Virus record (IMG/VR): IMGVR_UViG_3300010149_000008
Reading direction: 5' to 3' (one strand)
Source: a virus
Lineage: Duplodnaviria; Caudoviricetes
Length of the DNA: 64,000 nucleotides
This document shows, in pieces, positions 48,293 to 56,421 of this stretch. Position 1 is the stretch's first letter. Each line of letters starts with the position of its first letter. The position numbers and the translations under genes were made by a program. A model generated the notes under the pieces. That model was not told the origin of the DNA. It made no database searches and saw nothing but the letters and a program-made list of their open reading frames with translations.

Positions 48293-48614
48293 TTTCTTTC
48301 ATTCCAAAATCAATACAACACTGTGGAAAACTTTGTTCTACTTTTTTACCTATGTCAACCATTACAAAATTAACTTTAGTATCTTTTTTATCACCATCGA
48401 ATCTAACGTTTCTATTGTTTAAATCAGCTGAAACAACATTGCCTTGAAAGATTTCATTTTTTTTAGCATTAAATTTTTTAGTACTTGCTGCTTTAGCACA
48501 ACCTCCGCAACAAATTTTTATTTTTACTTTTTGCCCAGCTTTATACTTGACATCTGTAAATTTGTTTTCATTTAAAAATATTCGCCACTCGTTTAAAATT
48601 TCTTTTGTTTTCAT
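48285..48614 (-). CDS. Hypothetical protein, LxE leader + SH3-like/CCxxC domain
   Basis: MKTKEILNEWRIFLNE; YKAGQKVKIKICCGGC. Confidence 0.65.
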   Translation of the reverse strand: MKTKEILNEWRIFLNENKFTDVKYKAGQKVKIKICCGGCAKAASTKKFNAKKNEIFQGNVVSADLNNRNVRFDGDKKDTKVNFVMVDIGKKVEQSFPQCCIDFGMKESE

Positions 48615-48922
48615 TTGTATTTTCTCACATTTATTATTAGATTTGTTCCGTTTTTATTAACTATACGGTGCCATGTTTCTTTAGGTATTTTAAAAATAGA
48701 ACCTTTCTGCATTAACTGGGGCAGCTCATTGTCTCTCTGTACGTACCAGCCGTCACCTTCAACTAAAAAAATGTCACGATCTTCTTTATCCCTATGCCAA
48801 ATAAGCTCTTCTTCACACAAGTCTTTACAAAAACTTCTTTGTACAATAAAATAAGTAGGAGTTTCTTCTATGATAGTCTCCTTAAATACTTGTTTGTAAT
48901 CATAAACAGTTTTTTCTCTCAT
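48611..48922 (-). CDS. Cupin-like small protein
   Basis: WHRD.EDR...VEG.GW..Q.DNELP......F.IPK..WHRI; start at ATG 48922 (TAATG coupling). Confidence 0.65.
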   Translation of the reverse strand: MREKTVYDYKQVFKETIIEETPTYFIVQRSFCKDLCEEELIWHRDKEDRDIFLVEGDGWYVQRDNELPQLMQKGSIFKIPKETWHRIVNKNGTNLIINVRKYK

Positions 48923-49551
48923 TACCACCACCCAGGAATGTTTCTTCCAAATAACTTTGTAGCTCTACACGACCAATATCCAGCTTTAGTCTTGTCTTTT
49001 TTCTCGCTGCATTTGTGTCTATCACCAAAAGACTTCCTCCTTTTTTTATGGGCTTCGCTTTTTCCCATAGCCATAGACATTGAAGATCCAAAAGTAACTT
49101 TTTTAACTTTAATTCTTCCTTTTTTATCTTTTTTTCCAGAATTAACAAAAACAACAGCCTTGCCGTTTCCTGCTCTTTTAACACCGGCTTTTCCTAGTTT
49201 AACTTTTTTACCTTGATACTCAGCTTCAGCGATTATGTCATCTTCTAAATAATAGTCTTCTAATAAAAATGGGTAATCTAGTGGAACCATTTGACCTTCG
49301 TAGCTAGCCCATTGTCCTACTTCAAGCTCTTTTATGTACATTTTATCAATTTCATGTAGTAAGTTTATTTTACCACTTTCATATAATTTTCTAGCTTCAT
49401 TAAATAAGTTAAAATATTCTTTTGAGCCTCTTCTGTATACATTAGTGCTAATAGGTATATTTTCTTTAATATGAAACTTAAGTCCTTCTGATAGTAAATT
49501 CTCCTCTGACTTTACTATTTCAACAACATAATCTTTTAAATTTATAGTCAT
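48922..49551 (-). CDS. Two-part protein: acidic LxE-rich N-half, basic C-half
   Basis: LLSE, YLLE, IIAE|AEYQGKKVKLGK...KKVTFG...RRKSF..RH.C...KAGYWSC. Confidence 0.7.
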   Translation of the reverse strand: MTINLKDYVVEIVKSEENLLSEGLKFHIKENIPISTNVYRRGSKEYFNLFNEARKLYESGKINLLHEIDKMYIKELEVGQWASYEGQMVPLDYPFLLEDYYLEDDIIAEAEYQGKKVKLGKAGVKRAGNGKAVVFVNSGKKDKKGRIKVKKVTFGSSMSMAMGKSEAHKKRRKSFGDRHKCSEKKDKTKAGYWSCRATKLFGRNIPGWW

Positions 49552-49571
49552 GTTTTTCCTTGTTAATTTGT

Positions 49572-49602
49572 GCGTGTATTTTTTAATAATAAATATTATA
49601 AT
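49572..49602 (+). promoter_or_regulatory. Putative promoter GCGTGTAT-N17-TATAAT
   Basis: GTGTAT 49574-49579, TATAAT 49597-49602. Confidence 0.6.
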
Positions 49603-49626
49603 AATATAAAAAAAAGGTTTATTATA

Positions 49627-50538
49627 ATGAATAGATTTGGATATGCATGCATTAATATGAAATTGAGAGAAAAAGGTATTTTTAATTCTAGAACAATGCG
49701 CAAAAAAACATTTCTAACAAAAGGTTTACCTTATGCTTCACAGCTAGTCTTGCAAAATGTAAAAGACCTTTTACCTATATATAACTGGAATTATAAGAAT
49801 AATGTCAAAGTTTTTCGAATGTCTTCTGAAATTACTCCATGGGCTTCTGAATATGAATTGCATGATTTACCCGACTACGAAGAAATTTGTCATTACCTGA
49901 AAATTGCAGGTGATTATACAAAAGTTATTGGTCAACGTGTTTCATTTCACCCCGGACAATTTAACTGTCTAGCTTCAGAAAAAGATTATGTTGTTGATAA
50001 CTGTATTAAAGATTTAGAAATTCACGGCAAGCTGTTTGATCTTATGGGTCTAGACCAAAACCACTGGTCTAAAATTAATATACACTTAGGGTCGACTTGT
50101 GGTGGGGATCTTCAAAAAGCAGCAGACAACTTCAATAAAAACTTTATGCGCTTGTCTGACTCTGTAAAGTCTAGACTTACTGTAGAGAATGATGATAAAC
50201 CTGCTATGTTTAGCACAAAGTTTCTATATGACAATATCTACAAGGTATCTGGTGTGCCTATTGTGTTTGATTCACATCACTTCGAAATTGGCCCGCAAGA
50301 TGTAGACTATGTCTCTAGTTTCCAGATGGCATATGACTCATGGCCAAAAGGTATACGCCCAACTTGTCATCATTCAAACGGCAAAAAAGTGTATGAAGAT
50401 AAAACTATTAGTTCAAAAGCTGCACACTCTAATTACTACTATAAAAAATTTAATAGCTGTGGCAAATCAGTTGACGTCATGTTAGAAGCAAAAGCTAAAG
50501 AAAGAGCTCTTAAGAAATACTTAAAAGATTTTTGTTAA
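49627..50538 (+). CDS. uvsE: UV DNA damage endonuclease (UvsE/UVDE)
   Basis: RFGYACIN, FRMSS, RVSFHPGQF, IHLG, LTVENDDK, VFDSHH, HHS, VMLEAKAKE; start at ATG 49627. Confidence 0.93.
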   Translation: MNRFGYACINMKLREKGIFNSRTMRKKTFLTKGLPYASQLVLQNVKDLLPIYNWNYKNNVKVFRMSSEITPWASEYELHDLPDYEEICHYLKIAGDYTKVIGQRVSFHPGQFNCLASEKDYVVDNCIKDLEIHGKLFDLMGLDQNHWSKINIHLGSTCGGDLQKAADNFNKNFMRLSDSVKSRLTVENDDKPAMFSTKFLYDNIYKVSGVPIVFDSHHFEIGPQDVDYVSSFQMAYDSWPKGIRPTCHHSNGKKVYEDKTISSKAAHSNYYYKKFNSCGKSVDVMLEAKAKERALKKYLKDFC

Positions 50539-50598
50539 AATATAATTTATAAATTGTATCTAATTATAATATAATAATACTAACTTAATGAGGATATA

Positions 50599-51669
50599 AT
50601 GAAAATATTAAATAACAAGGCAATAAGTTTTGATGATATTGTTTTAATACCACAACATTCTGACATAAATTCTAGAAGCGAAATTAATACTACCGTAAAA
50701 ATAGCTCATGAAAACAATACTGAGACATCTTTTAAGATACCTATAATTAGCAGTCCAATGTCAACAGTTACAGAAGCACACATGTGTAACGCAATTAGAA
50801 GTCAAGGAGGCTTAGGGATTATTCACAGATACAATACGATTGAATATCAGACTAGACTTTTAAGTTTTGTAAGCGACAATGAAACAAAGGCAGCTGCAAT
50901 TGGAGTTTCTGGTGACTTTAAAGAAAGACTTTCATCTCTAGTGGAAAAAGGATTAAAGATTGTATGTATTGATATTGCTCATGGTGATCACAAATTAATG
51001 GAAAACGCTATCGAATTTGTAAGATCAGAGTATAATGATTTATTTGTGATTGCTGGAAATGTTGCAACTGGTTCAGGATACAAAAGATTAGCTTATGCAG
51101 GAGCTCATGGAATACGAACTTCTGTAGGCAGCGGAAGCATATGTACTACAAGAATTCAAACGGGACATGGCATGCCAACTCTGAGTGCAATTATTGAAAT
51201 TTCCAAAGCAAAAAAAGAGTTAATAACAGAGCTAAATTATACTTCAAAAAGCTTGCCTTTTGTAATAGCTGATGGTGGCATTAAGAATAGCGGTGACATA
51301 GTAAAGTCTCTTGCAGCAGGAGCTGACTTTGTAATGTTAGGATCAATGTTAAGCGGGACAAAAGAAACGCCTGGAAAGATTATTTTAAATAGTGAAGGAA
51401 ATAAAATAAAAAGATACAATGGAATGGCTTCAAAGTTAGCTCAAAAAAACTGGAAAGGATCTTACTCTTCTATAGAAGGTGTAAGCTCTTATGTAAATTA
51501 CAAAGGAACTGTTTCGAAAGTAATAAACGAAATAATGTCAAACGTAAGAAGTGGCATGTCTTATACAGGAGCTAGATCACTAAAAGAGTTAAGAGAAGAA
51601 GCTATTGCTATTATTCAAACTAATTCTTCACATTCAGAAGGTAACCCACATATTTTTAATAGAAGGTAA
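50599..51669 (+). CDS. IMPDH/GMP reductase family enzyme (no CBS domains)
   Basis: FDDIVLIPQ, SSPMSTVT, GLGIIHR, DIAHG, AGNVAT, GSGSICTTR, IADGG, VMLGSMLSGTKETPG, YNGMAS. Confidence 0.93.
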   Translation: MKILNNKAISFDDIVLIPQHSDINSRSEINTTVKIAHENNTETSFKIPIISSPMSTVTEAHMCNAIRSQGGLGIIHRYNTIEYQTRLLSFVSDNETKAAAIGVSGDFKERLSSLVEKGLKIVCIDIAHGDHKLMENAIEFVRSEYNDLFVIAGNVATGSGYKRLAYAGAHGIRTSVGSGSICTTRIQTGHGMPTLSAIIEISKAKKELITELNYTSKSLPFVIADGGIKNSGDIVKSLAAGADFVMLGSMLSGTKETPGKIILNSEGNKIKRYNGMASKLAQKNWKGSYSSIEGVSSYVNYKGTVSKVINEIMSNVRSGMSYTGARSLKELREEAIAIIQTNSSHSEGNPHIFNRR

Positions 51670-51672
51670 AAC

Positions 51673-52872
51673 ATGCCAACAAAAATAGTTTTAGGTCTTC
51701 AACATGGAGACGAAGGTAAAGGAAGAGTTGTAGATGACTTAGTTCAGACTTGGGCTGACGTAGTTGTAAGGTTTCAAGGAGGAGGAAATGCAGGTCATAC
51801 AGTTTATGATAAAGAAGGAAATAAGTTTGTAACACATATTTTACCGGTAGGCGTTTTAAATAAAAGTAAATTTAATTTCATAGCTAAAGGTTGTGTAATC
51901 AACATTATCGATTTATTTAAAGAAATAAAAGAATTAAACGTATTGCCTGAAAATCTATTAATTTCAGGCAACTGTCCTTTAATAGAACCTACTCATTTAA
52001 TCAAAGATAAGATTAAGTATCAAGGCAAGTTAGGTACTACAGGAAGAGGAATTGGCCCAGCTTACTCTGAGTTTTATGCAAGAGATTCTATACTTTTTAA
52101 AGATTTTATTAAAAGTCCAAAAGAAGTAGCTATTAAAATACAAGACAAATTTTTTGACTATCAAACATTTTTAGCTGAATTAGGTATTGAAGGAAATTCT
52201 GATGTAATAGAAGAAAACTTTAGATTATTTAATAAATGGTTTAATGAATATAACAAAGCACATAAATTATTAGAAGCTTACCTTTGTAGCAACGAAAATA
52301 TTATACAAGAAATATACAGTAGAAATTCTAATATTCTTTTAGAAGGAGCTCAAGGAAGTGGTCTAAGTATATATTCAAACAACTACCCAGATGTTACATC
52401 TTCATCACCTTCAGTCGGTGAAGCTTTAAACTCTACTGGTCTTAATCATAAACAAATTGACGAAGTAATCGGCGTAATAAAGTCTTATAAAACAAAAGTA
52501 GGAAGTGGATCTTTTCCTAGCAGATGTGATCCTGTTTCTGAAGATGTTTTGTCAAAAATTGGTAAAGAATTTGGAGCAACAACCGGTCGACCTAGAAAGT
52601 GCGGCTGGCTAGATCTAGATGAAGTTATAGATGCAGTCAACATAAACGGTGTAGATCATATATGTGTTATAAAATCAGATGTTTTTTGCAACATAAAAGA
52701 ACCTTACGTTTACCATGAAAAAGAGCTTAAATCTATATCTAAAATAAACTCTGTTTCTCTTGAAGACAGCGCTTTTGTAGATTTATTAAATATTATTAAA
52801 ACAAAAACAGGCGTCAACAAAGTGTCATTTACAACAGGACCAAAAAGAGGAGAAATAGTTTGGAATGTTTAA
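51673..52872 (+). CDS. purA: Adenylosuccinate synthetase
   Basis: GLQHGDEGKG, RFQGGGNAGHT, GTTGRGIGPAY, LEGAQG, YPDVTSS, FGATTGRPRKCGWLD. Confidence 0.95.
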   Translation: MPTKIVLGLQHGDEGKGRVVDDLVQTWADVVVRFQGGGNAGHTVYDKEGNKFVTHILPVGVLNKSKFNFIAKGCVINIIDLFKEIKELNVLPENLLISGNCPLIEPTHLIKDKIKYQGKLGTTGRGIGPAYSEFYARDSILFKDFIKSPKEVAIKIQDKFFDYQTFLAELGIEGNSDVIEENFRLFNKWFNEYNKAHKLLEAYLCSNENIIQEIYSRNSNILLEGAQGSGLSIYSNNYPDVTSSSPSVGEALNSTGLNHKQIDEVIGVIKSYKTKVGSGSFPSRCDPVSEDVLSKIGKEFGATTGRPRKCGWLDLDEVIDAVNINGVDHICVIKSDVFCNIKEPYVYHEKELKSISKINSVSLEDSAFVDLLNIIKTKTGVNKVSFTTGPKRGEIVWNV

Positions 52873-53092
52873 TTTTAAAAAAGGAGACTTAATACAGTTT
52901 AAAATTTCTAAAGAACTCTGTATTATAATTGACGATTTTGATCAAGAAAAATTTGAAGCTTTAAATACAACTGTAGTTTCTAATATGTCTAGAAAAATAT
53001 TAACGTTTACAGAAAGAGGTCCTGAAATTAATTTTACACCAAACTTTAATATAGCTTTAATTAAAAGTGAAAAGGAAGAAAATGATACCTAG
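52865..53092 (+). CDS. Small KOW/SH3-like protein
   Basis: FKKGDLIQF...LCIII. Confidence 0.55.
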   Translation: MFNFKKGDLIQFKISKELCIIIDDFDQEKFEALNTTVVSNMSRKILTFTERGPEINFTPNFNIALIKSEKEENDT

Positions 53093-54233
53093 ATATAAAG
53101 TACAAGAAATTCATGATATATGGAAAACAGATAATAAGCTAAAAACATGGCTAGCTGTAGAAATTGCTCATTTAGAATCATTAGCTAATAGCATTACTGA
53201 TAAGACTATTAGTAATGAAAGCTTTGAAATTATTAAAGAAAACGCAAAGATTGATATTGATAGATGGAAAGAAATAGAAAAAGAAACTAGACACGATCTT
53301 CAAGCTTTTGTGCAAATGCTTGAAGAAAGTATACCTAAAAACGAAGGAAGATGGATTCATTACGGACTAACGTCTTCTGACATTTTAGATACTTCTCTTT
53401 CAATAATGTCAAAGAAAAGTCTGAACGTGATCATAAATTATACTGCAAAAGTTTTATATACACTTAACAAACTTTTAAAATCAGACGTTTATAAAAAAAA
53501 TATCTTAGCAAGAACTCATGGAAAATCTGCAGAAATACAAACGTACTATGATGTTTTTTATAGATGGATTAGCTTTGTAAGAAAAGGCCATGATTCACTA
53601 GTTGAAGCAAAAAACAAGATAAGCGTTGGAAAATTAAGTGGTGCAACAGGAAATTATAAATTTAACACTAAACAATGTGAATATAATGCATTAGATTCTT
53701 TAGGACTTAAACCAGTTGTATCTTCTCAGATTATATCGAGGCAGTATTATCTAGACTATTTTTATGGAATATTGCAAGTTATTTTAGCTGTAGAAAAAAT
53801 TGCATATGACATCAGGATTTACAGTTTAGATGGCATTAATGAAATGTCTGAACCCTTTAGAAAAGGACAAAAAGGTTCAAGCGCAATGCCACACAAGAAA
53901 AACCCTATATTAACAGAAAATATATGCGGATTGACACGTTTATACAAAGCTTATTTTTCAACAGCTGTTGAAAATTGTACGACTTTGTTAGAGAGAGATA
54001 TCTCTCACTCTTCTTCAGAAAGAATTATTTTCAAAGACTCAGCACATATTGCATGCTTTACATTAGATAGGCTAGACAAAGTATTAAAAGGCTTAAACAT
54101 AGATACAGTTAACGCAAAAAATAATTGCAAAAAAATGGAATCTGCTACAAACTCACAAAAATCAATGAACGATTTAATAGAACAAGGTTATAGCAGAAAA
54201 GAAGCACATGATATTACACAGTCAAACATATAA
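53082..54233 (+). CDS. purB: Adenylosuccinate lyase (C-terminally shortened)
   Basis: ETRHD, IHYGLTSSDILDT, ARTHG, GKLSGATG, GSSAMPHKKNP, LERDISHSS.ERI. Confidence 0.93.
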   Translation: MIPRYKVQEIHDIWKTDNKLKTWLAVEIAHLESLANSITDKTISNESFEIIKENAKIDIDRWKEIEKETRHDLQAFVQMLEESIPKNEGRWIHYGLTSSDILDTSLSIMSKKSLNVIINYTAKVLYTLNKLLKSDVYKKNILARTHGKSAEIQTYYDVFYRWISFVRKGHDSLVEAKNKISVGKLSGATGNYKFNTKQCEYNALDSLGLKPVVSSQIISRQYYLDYFYGILQVILAVEKIAYDIRIYSLDGINEMSEPFRKGQKGSSAMPHKKNPILTENICGLTRLYKAYFSTAVENCTTLLERDISHSSSERIIFKDSAHIACFTLDRLDKVLKGLNIDTVNAKNNCKKMESATNSQKSMNDLIEQGYSRKEAHDITQSNI

Positions 54234-54266
54234 TTATATAATATAAAAACTATAGAAAGTAATAAA

Positions 54267-54707
54267 ATGAAAAGATTTAGTGAAAGAAGCATTGCAAGAA
54301 ATTTTCTAAATGAGATAGCTGATTCTAAAATATCATTAGGTACAGCATTCATTTCTGACGACGATACTGTTAAAGGCCAATCACATTCAGAGCTCGATCC
54401 AGACAACGACGGATATATAACACATGAGGATTTGTTTGGTCATTTCGATGTTGATAACGATGGTTTCGTTACAACAGATGAGTATGTCGACCATATTCAA
54501 TACCATGCTGATAATCCTGAGACACTTGATCATTACAGAGACGATGTACCTTGCAATACTTCTTATAACACATGTAGAACACATTATGACAATGATGATG
54601 AAGTCTTAAGGCGTTGTATTTCAAATACAGGTGCAACGTGTATGCAATCAGGAATTCAAGCTCTCATCGATGTGTTAACTGCAATGAAAAAATCAGGTAT
54701 GATTTAA
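54267..54707 (+). CDS. EF-hand Ca2+-binding protein with LxE leader
   Basis: SIARNFLNE leader; two EF-hand loops DPDNDGYITHED and DVDNDGFVTTDE. Confidence 0.75.
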   Translation: MKRFSERSIARNFLNEIADSKISLGTAFISDDDTVKGQSHSELDPDNDGYITHEDLFGHFDVDNDGFVTTDEYVDHIQYHADNPETLDHYRDDVPCNTSYNTCRTHYDNDDEVLRRCISNTGATCMQSGIQALIDVLTAMKKSGMI

Positions 54708-54727
54708 TTTTAAGGAGAAATCAATAC

Positions 54728-54925
54728 ATGTTTAAAATAGGACAAAAAGTTTCGCATTTTATGACGACGCATAAGGTTGGAACTATAGTTAACATTGAAT
54801 ATACTAGAAATAATTTTATGACAACAGGTGGTACAACACAACATAAAGTTTATATAGTTGTAAAATATACAGAAGAAGACATTCAAAAATATGATTCAGG
54901 AGACTTAATAAAGATATATGATTAA
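54728..54925 (+). CDS. Small KOW/SH3-like protein
   Basis: MFKIGQKV...VGTIVNI; start at 54728 after AAGGAG. Confidence 0.6.
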   Translation: MFKIGQKVSHFMTTHKVGTIVNIEYTRNNFMTTGGTTQHKVYIVVKYTEEDIQKYDSGDLIKIYD

Positions 54926-55469
54926 AGAAATGTTTATTTGCTTGGCGCTGTTTGACATGAATGGTGTTGTTAATGAAAAAAATATTTGTGAAAACATAGA
55001 AACACTTTCACATATCTCTAAAGAATACAACATTGATACATATACATACGTCTCAATGTTATGGATTGAAAGTAATTTTAACAAAGAAATTGTAAGTTAC
55101 ACAGGTAAAGCTTGCGGTATATCACAAGTTGTACCAAAGTGGACAAGACCTAAAAAGTCATGCAAAGATTTAAATTCAGATATAAAATCAGCTATGATTC
55201 AAGGAGCAAGAATATTTAAAGGCTTTAAAAGATATGGTGGTAAAAGTTTAGACATTAGTTTATGTGGATATAACCAAGGATATCGATGCAAAGGTGAAAA
55301 AGAAGTCAAAAAAGGCGGTTATGACTACAGAAAAGAAGGTCTAATATACGCAAAAAAAGTTAAGTCATTTAGAAAAAAGTTGAAGTATAATGTTAGGAAG
55401 CAAAAGAGAAAAGTAAATTTATACAAAAAGAAATTAGAGCGTGCATTAAGATTATTTTATAGACTATAA
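54918..55469 (+). CDS. Lytic transglycosylase (SLT/lysozyme-like)
   Basis: Catalytic WIESNFN, GISQV, YNQG motifs; hydrophobic N-terminus and very basic C-terminus. Confidence 0.8.
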   Translation: MIKEMFICLALFDMNGVVNEKNICENIETLSHISKEYNIDTYTYVSMLWIESNFNKEIVSYTGKACGISQVVPKWTRPKKSCKDLNSDIKSAMIQGARIFKGFKRYGGKSLDISLCGYNQGYRCKGEKEVKKGGYDYRKEGLIYAKKVKSFRKKLKYNVRKQKRKVNLYKKKLERALRLFYRL

Positions 55470-55491
55470 TACTTTAAAAAAGGAGTGTTTA

Positions 55492-55962
55492 ATGTCAAAA
55501 TTATTATATGAACCCGGTTTTTATCACTTAACTTCACATCTAAACTTATACTATGATATAGATGTAATTCTAAAACAGTTTGAAGAAGATGCATATTATC
55601 CTAACTTAAACAAGATTTACATAGACAGAAATAATCATTGGAGAGATCGTCTTATTGCTTTAATACACGAAGCAGGTCATGTATTAATCGATTTTAACAA
55701 CCTCCAGACTAAAAGTATGAAAGCAAATTTATCAACATATGAAGAGCATATTAGATCTAAGAGACAGTTAGTTTCACTTTTAAATGAAGAGATTTCTGCT
55801 TGGAATGTTGGAAAAAAGCTAGCTATTGATTTAAATATTAAATTTGATCATGCTAGAATGGATGAAGTATCTACAAATTGCATTATGTCTTATGTTAAAA
55901 AAGGTTTGTTAAATGTATACGGTTCGACAATTGATATATCATGTATTGACAGTAGGACATAG
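55492..55962 (+). CDS. Zincin-like metallopeptidase
   Basis: LIHEAGHV ... EEISAWN.G. Confidence 0.7.
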   Translation: MSKLLYEPGFYHLTSHLNLYYDIDVILKQFEEDAYYPNLNKIYIDRNNHWRDRLIALIHEAGHVLIDFNNLQTKSMKANLSTYEEHIRSKRQLVSLLNEEISAWNVGKKLAIDLNIKFDHARMDEVSTNCIMSYVKKGLLNVYGSTIDISCIDSRT

Positions 55963-55978
55963 AAAGTTAGATCTTTTT

Positions 55979-56009
55979 GCGTGTACACTTTGTAAATATT
56001 GTTTATAAT
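55979..56009 (+). promoter_or_regulatory. Putative promoter GCGTGTAC-N17-TATAAT
   Basis: GTGTAC 55981-55986, TATAAT 56004-56009. Confidence 0.6.
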
Positions 56010-56031
56010 AATAATATAAGGAGAATATATA

Positions 56032-56340
56032 ATGTCCTACTCAAAAAAAGACTTAAAAGATATAAAAAACAAATTAAAAAAAGAAAATCCTAGCTTTTTT
56101 AATAATTCTTCTATAAAAAAACAAAAAAAATCAATAGTAAAAAGTCAACCTAGTAGAAAAAAAATAGTAAAGTGGAATTATAAAGTAAATGATGTTGTTA
56201 CATGTATACATTCACAAAGAATAGGTCTGATTGTATCAGACAATACGTATTTTGGCCGTAAACTAGAAAAAAACTATTATTTTGTATTGTTTGGATGTAG
56301 AGTACAGAAATATGATGGTTCTTATTTAAGGGCTTTATAG
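56032..56340 (+). CDS. Hypothetical protein, basic N-terminus + KOW/SH3-like C-terminus
   Basis: YKVNDVV...IGLIVS. Confidence 0.6.
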   Translation: MSYSKKDLKDIKNKLKKENPSFFNNSSIKKQKKSIVKSQPSRKKIVKWNYKVNDVVTCIHSQRIGLIVSDNTYFGRKLEKNYYFVLFGCRVQKYDGSYLRAL

Positions 56341-56341
56341 T

Positions 56342-56373
56342 GCGTGCAAATATTGTTTTACTTGTATTATAAT
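56342..56373 (+). promoter_or_regulatory. Putative promoter GCGTGCAAA...TATAAT (N18)
   Basis: GTGCAA 56344-56349, TATAAT 56368-56373. Confidence 0.65.
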
Positions 56374-56380
56374 TAACAAA

Positions 56381-56404
56381 AAACATTTAAACATTTAAAC
56401 ATTT
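56381..56404 (+). repeat. 3x AAACATTT direct repeat in the 5' leader
   Basis: Three perfect 8-bp copies immediately before the AAGGA RBS. Confidence 0.8.
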
Positions 56405-56421
56405 AAGGAAAATACAAAAAT

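Noticed and set aside
51673-52872. PurZ (2-aminoadenine, Z-genome) instead of PurA
   Set aside because: It keeps the PurA catalytic Asp (GDEGKG rather than GSxGKG) and the IMP-type TTGRPR motif; no dATPase/MazZ partner is seen nearby.
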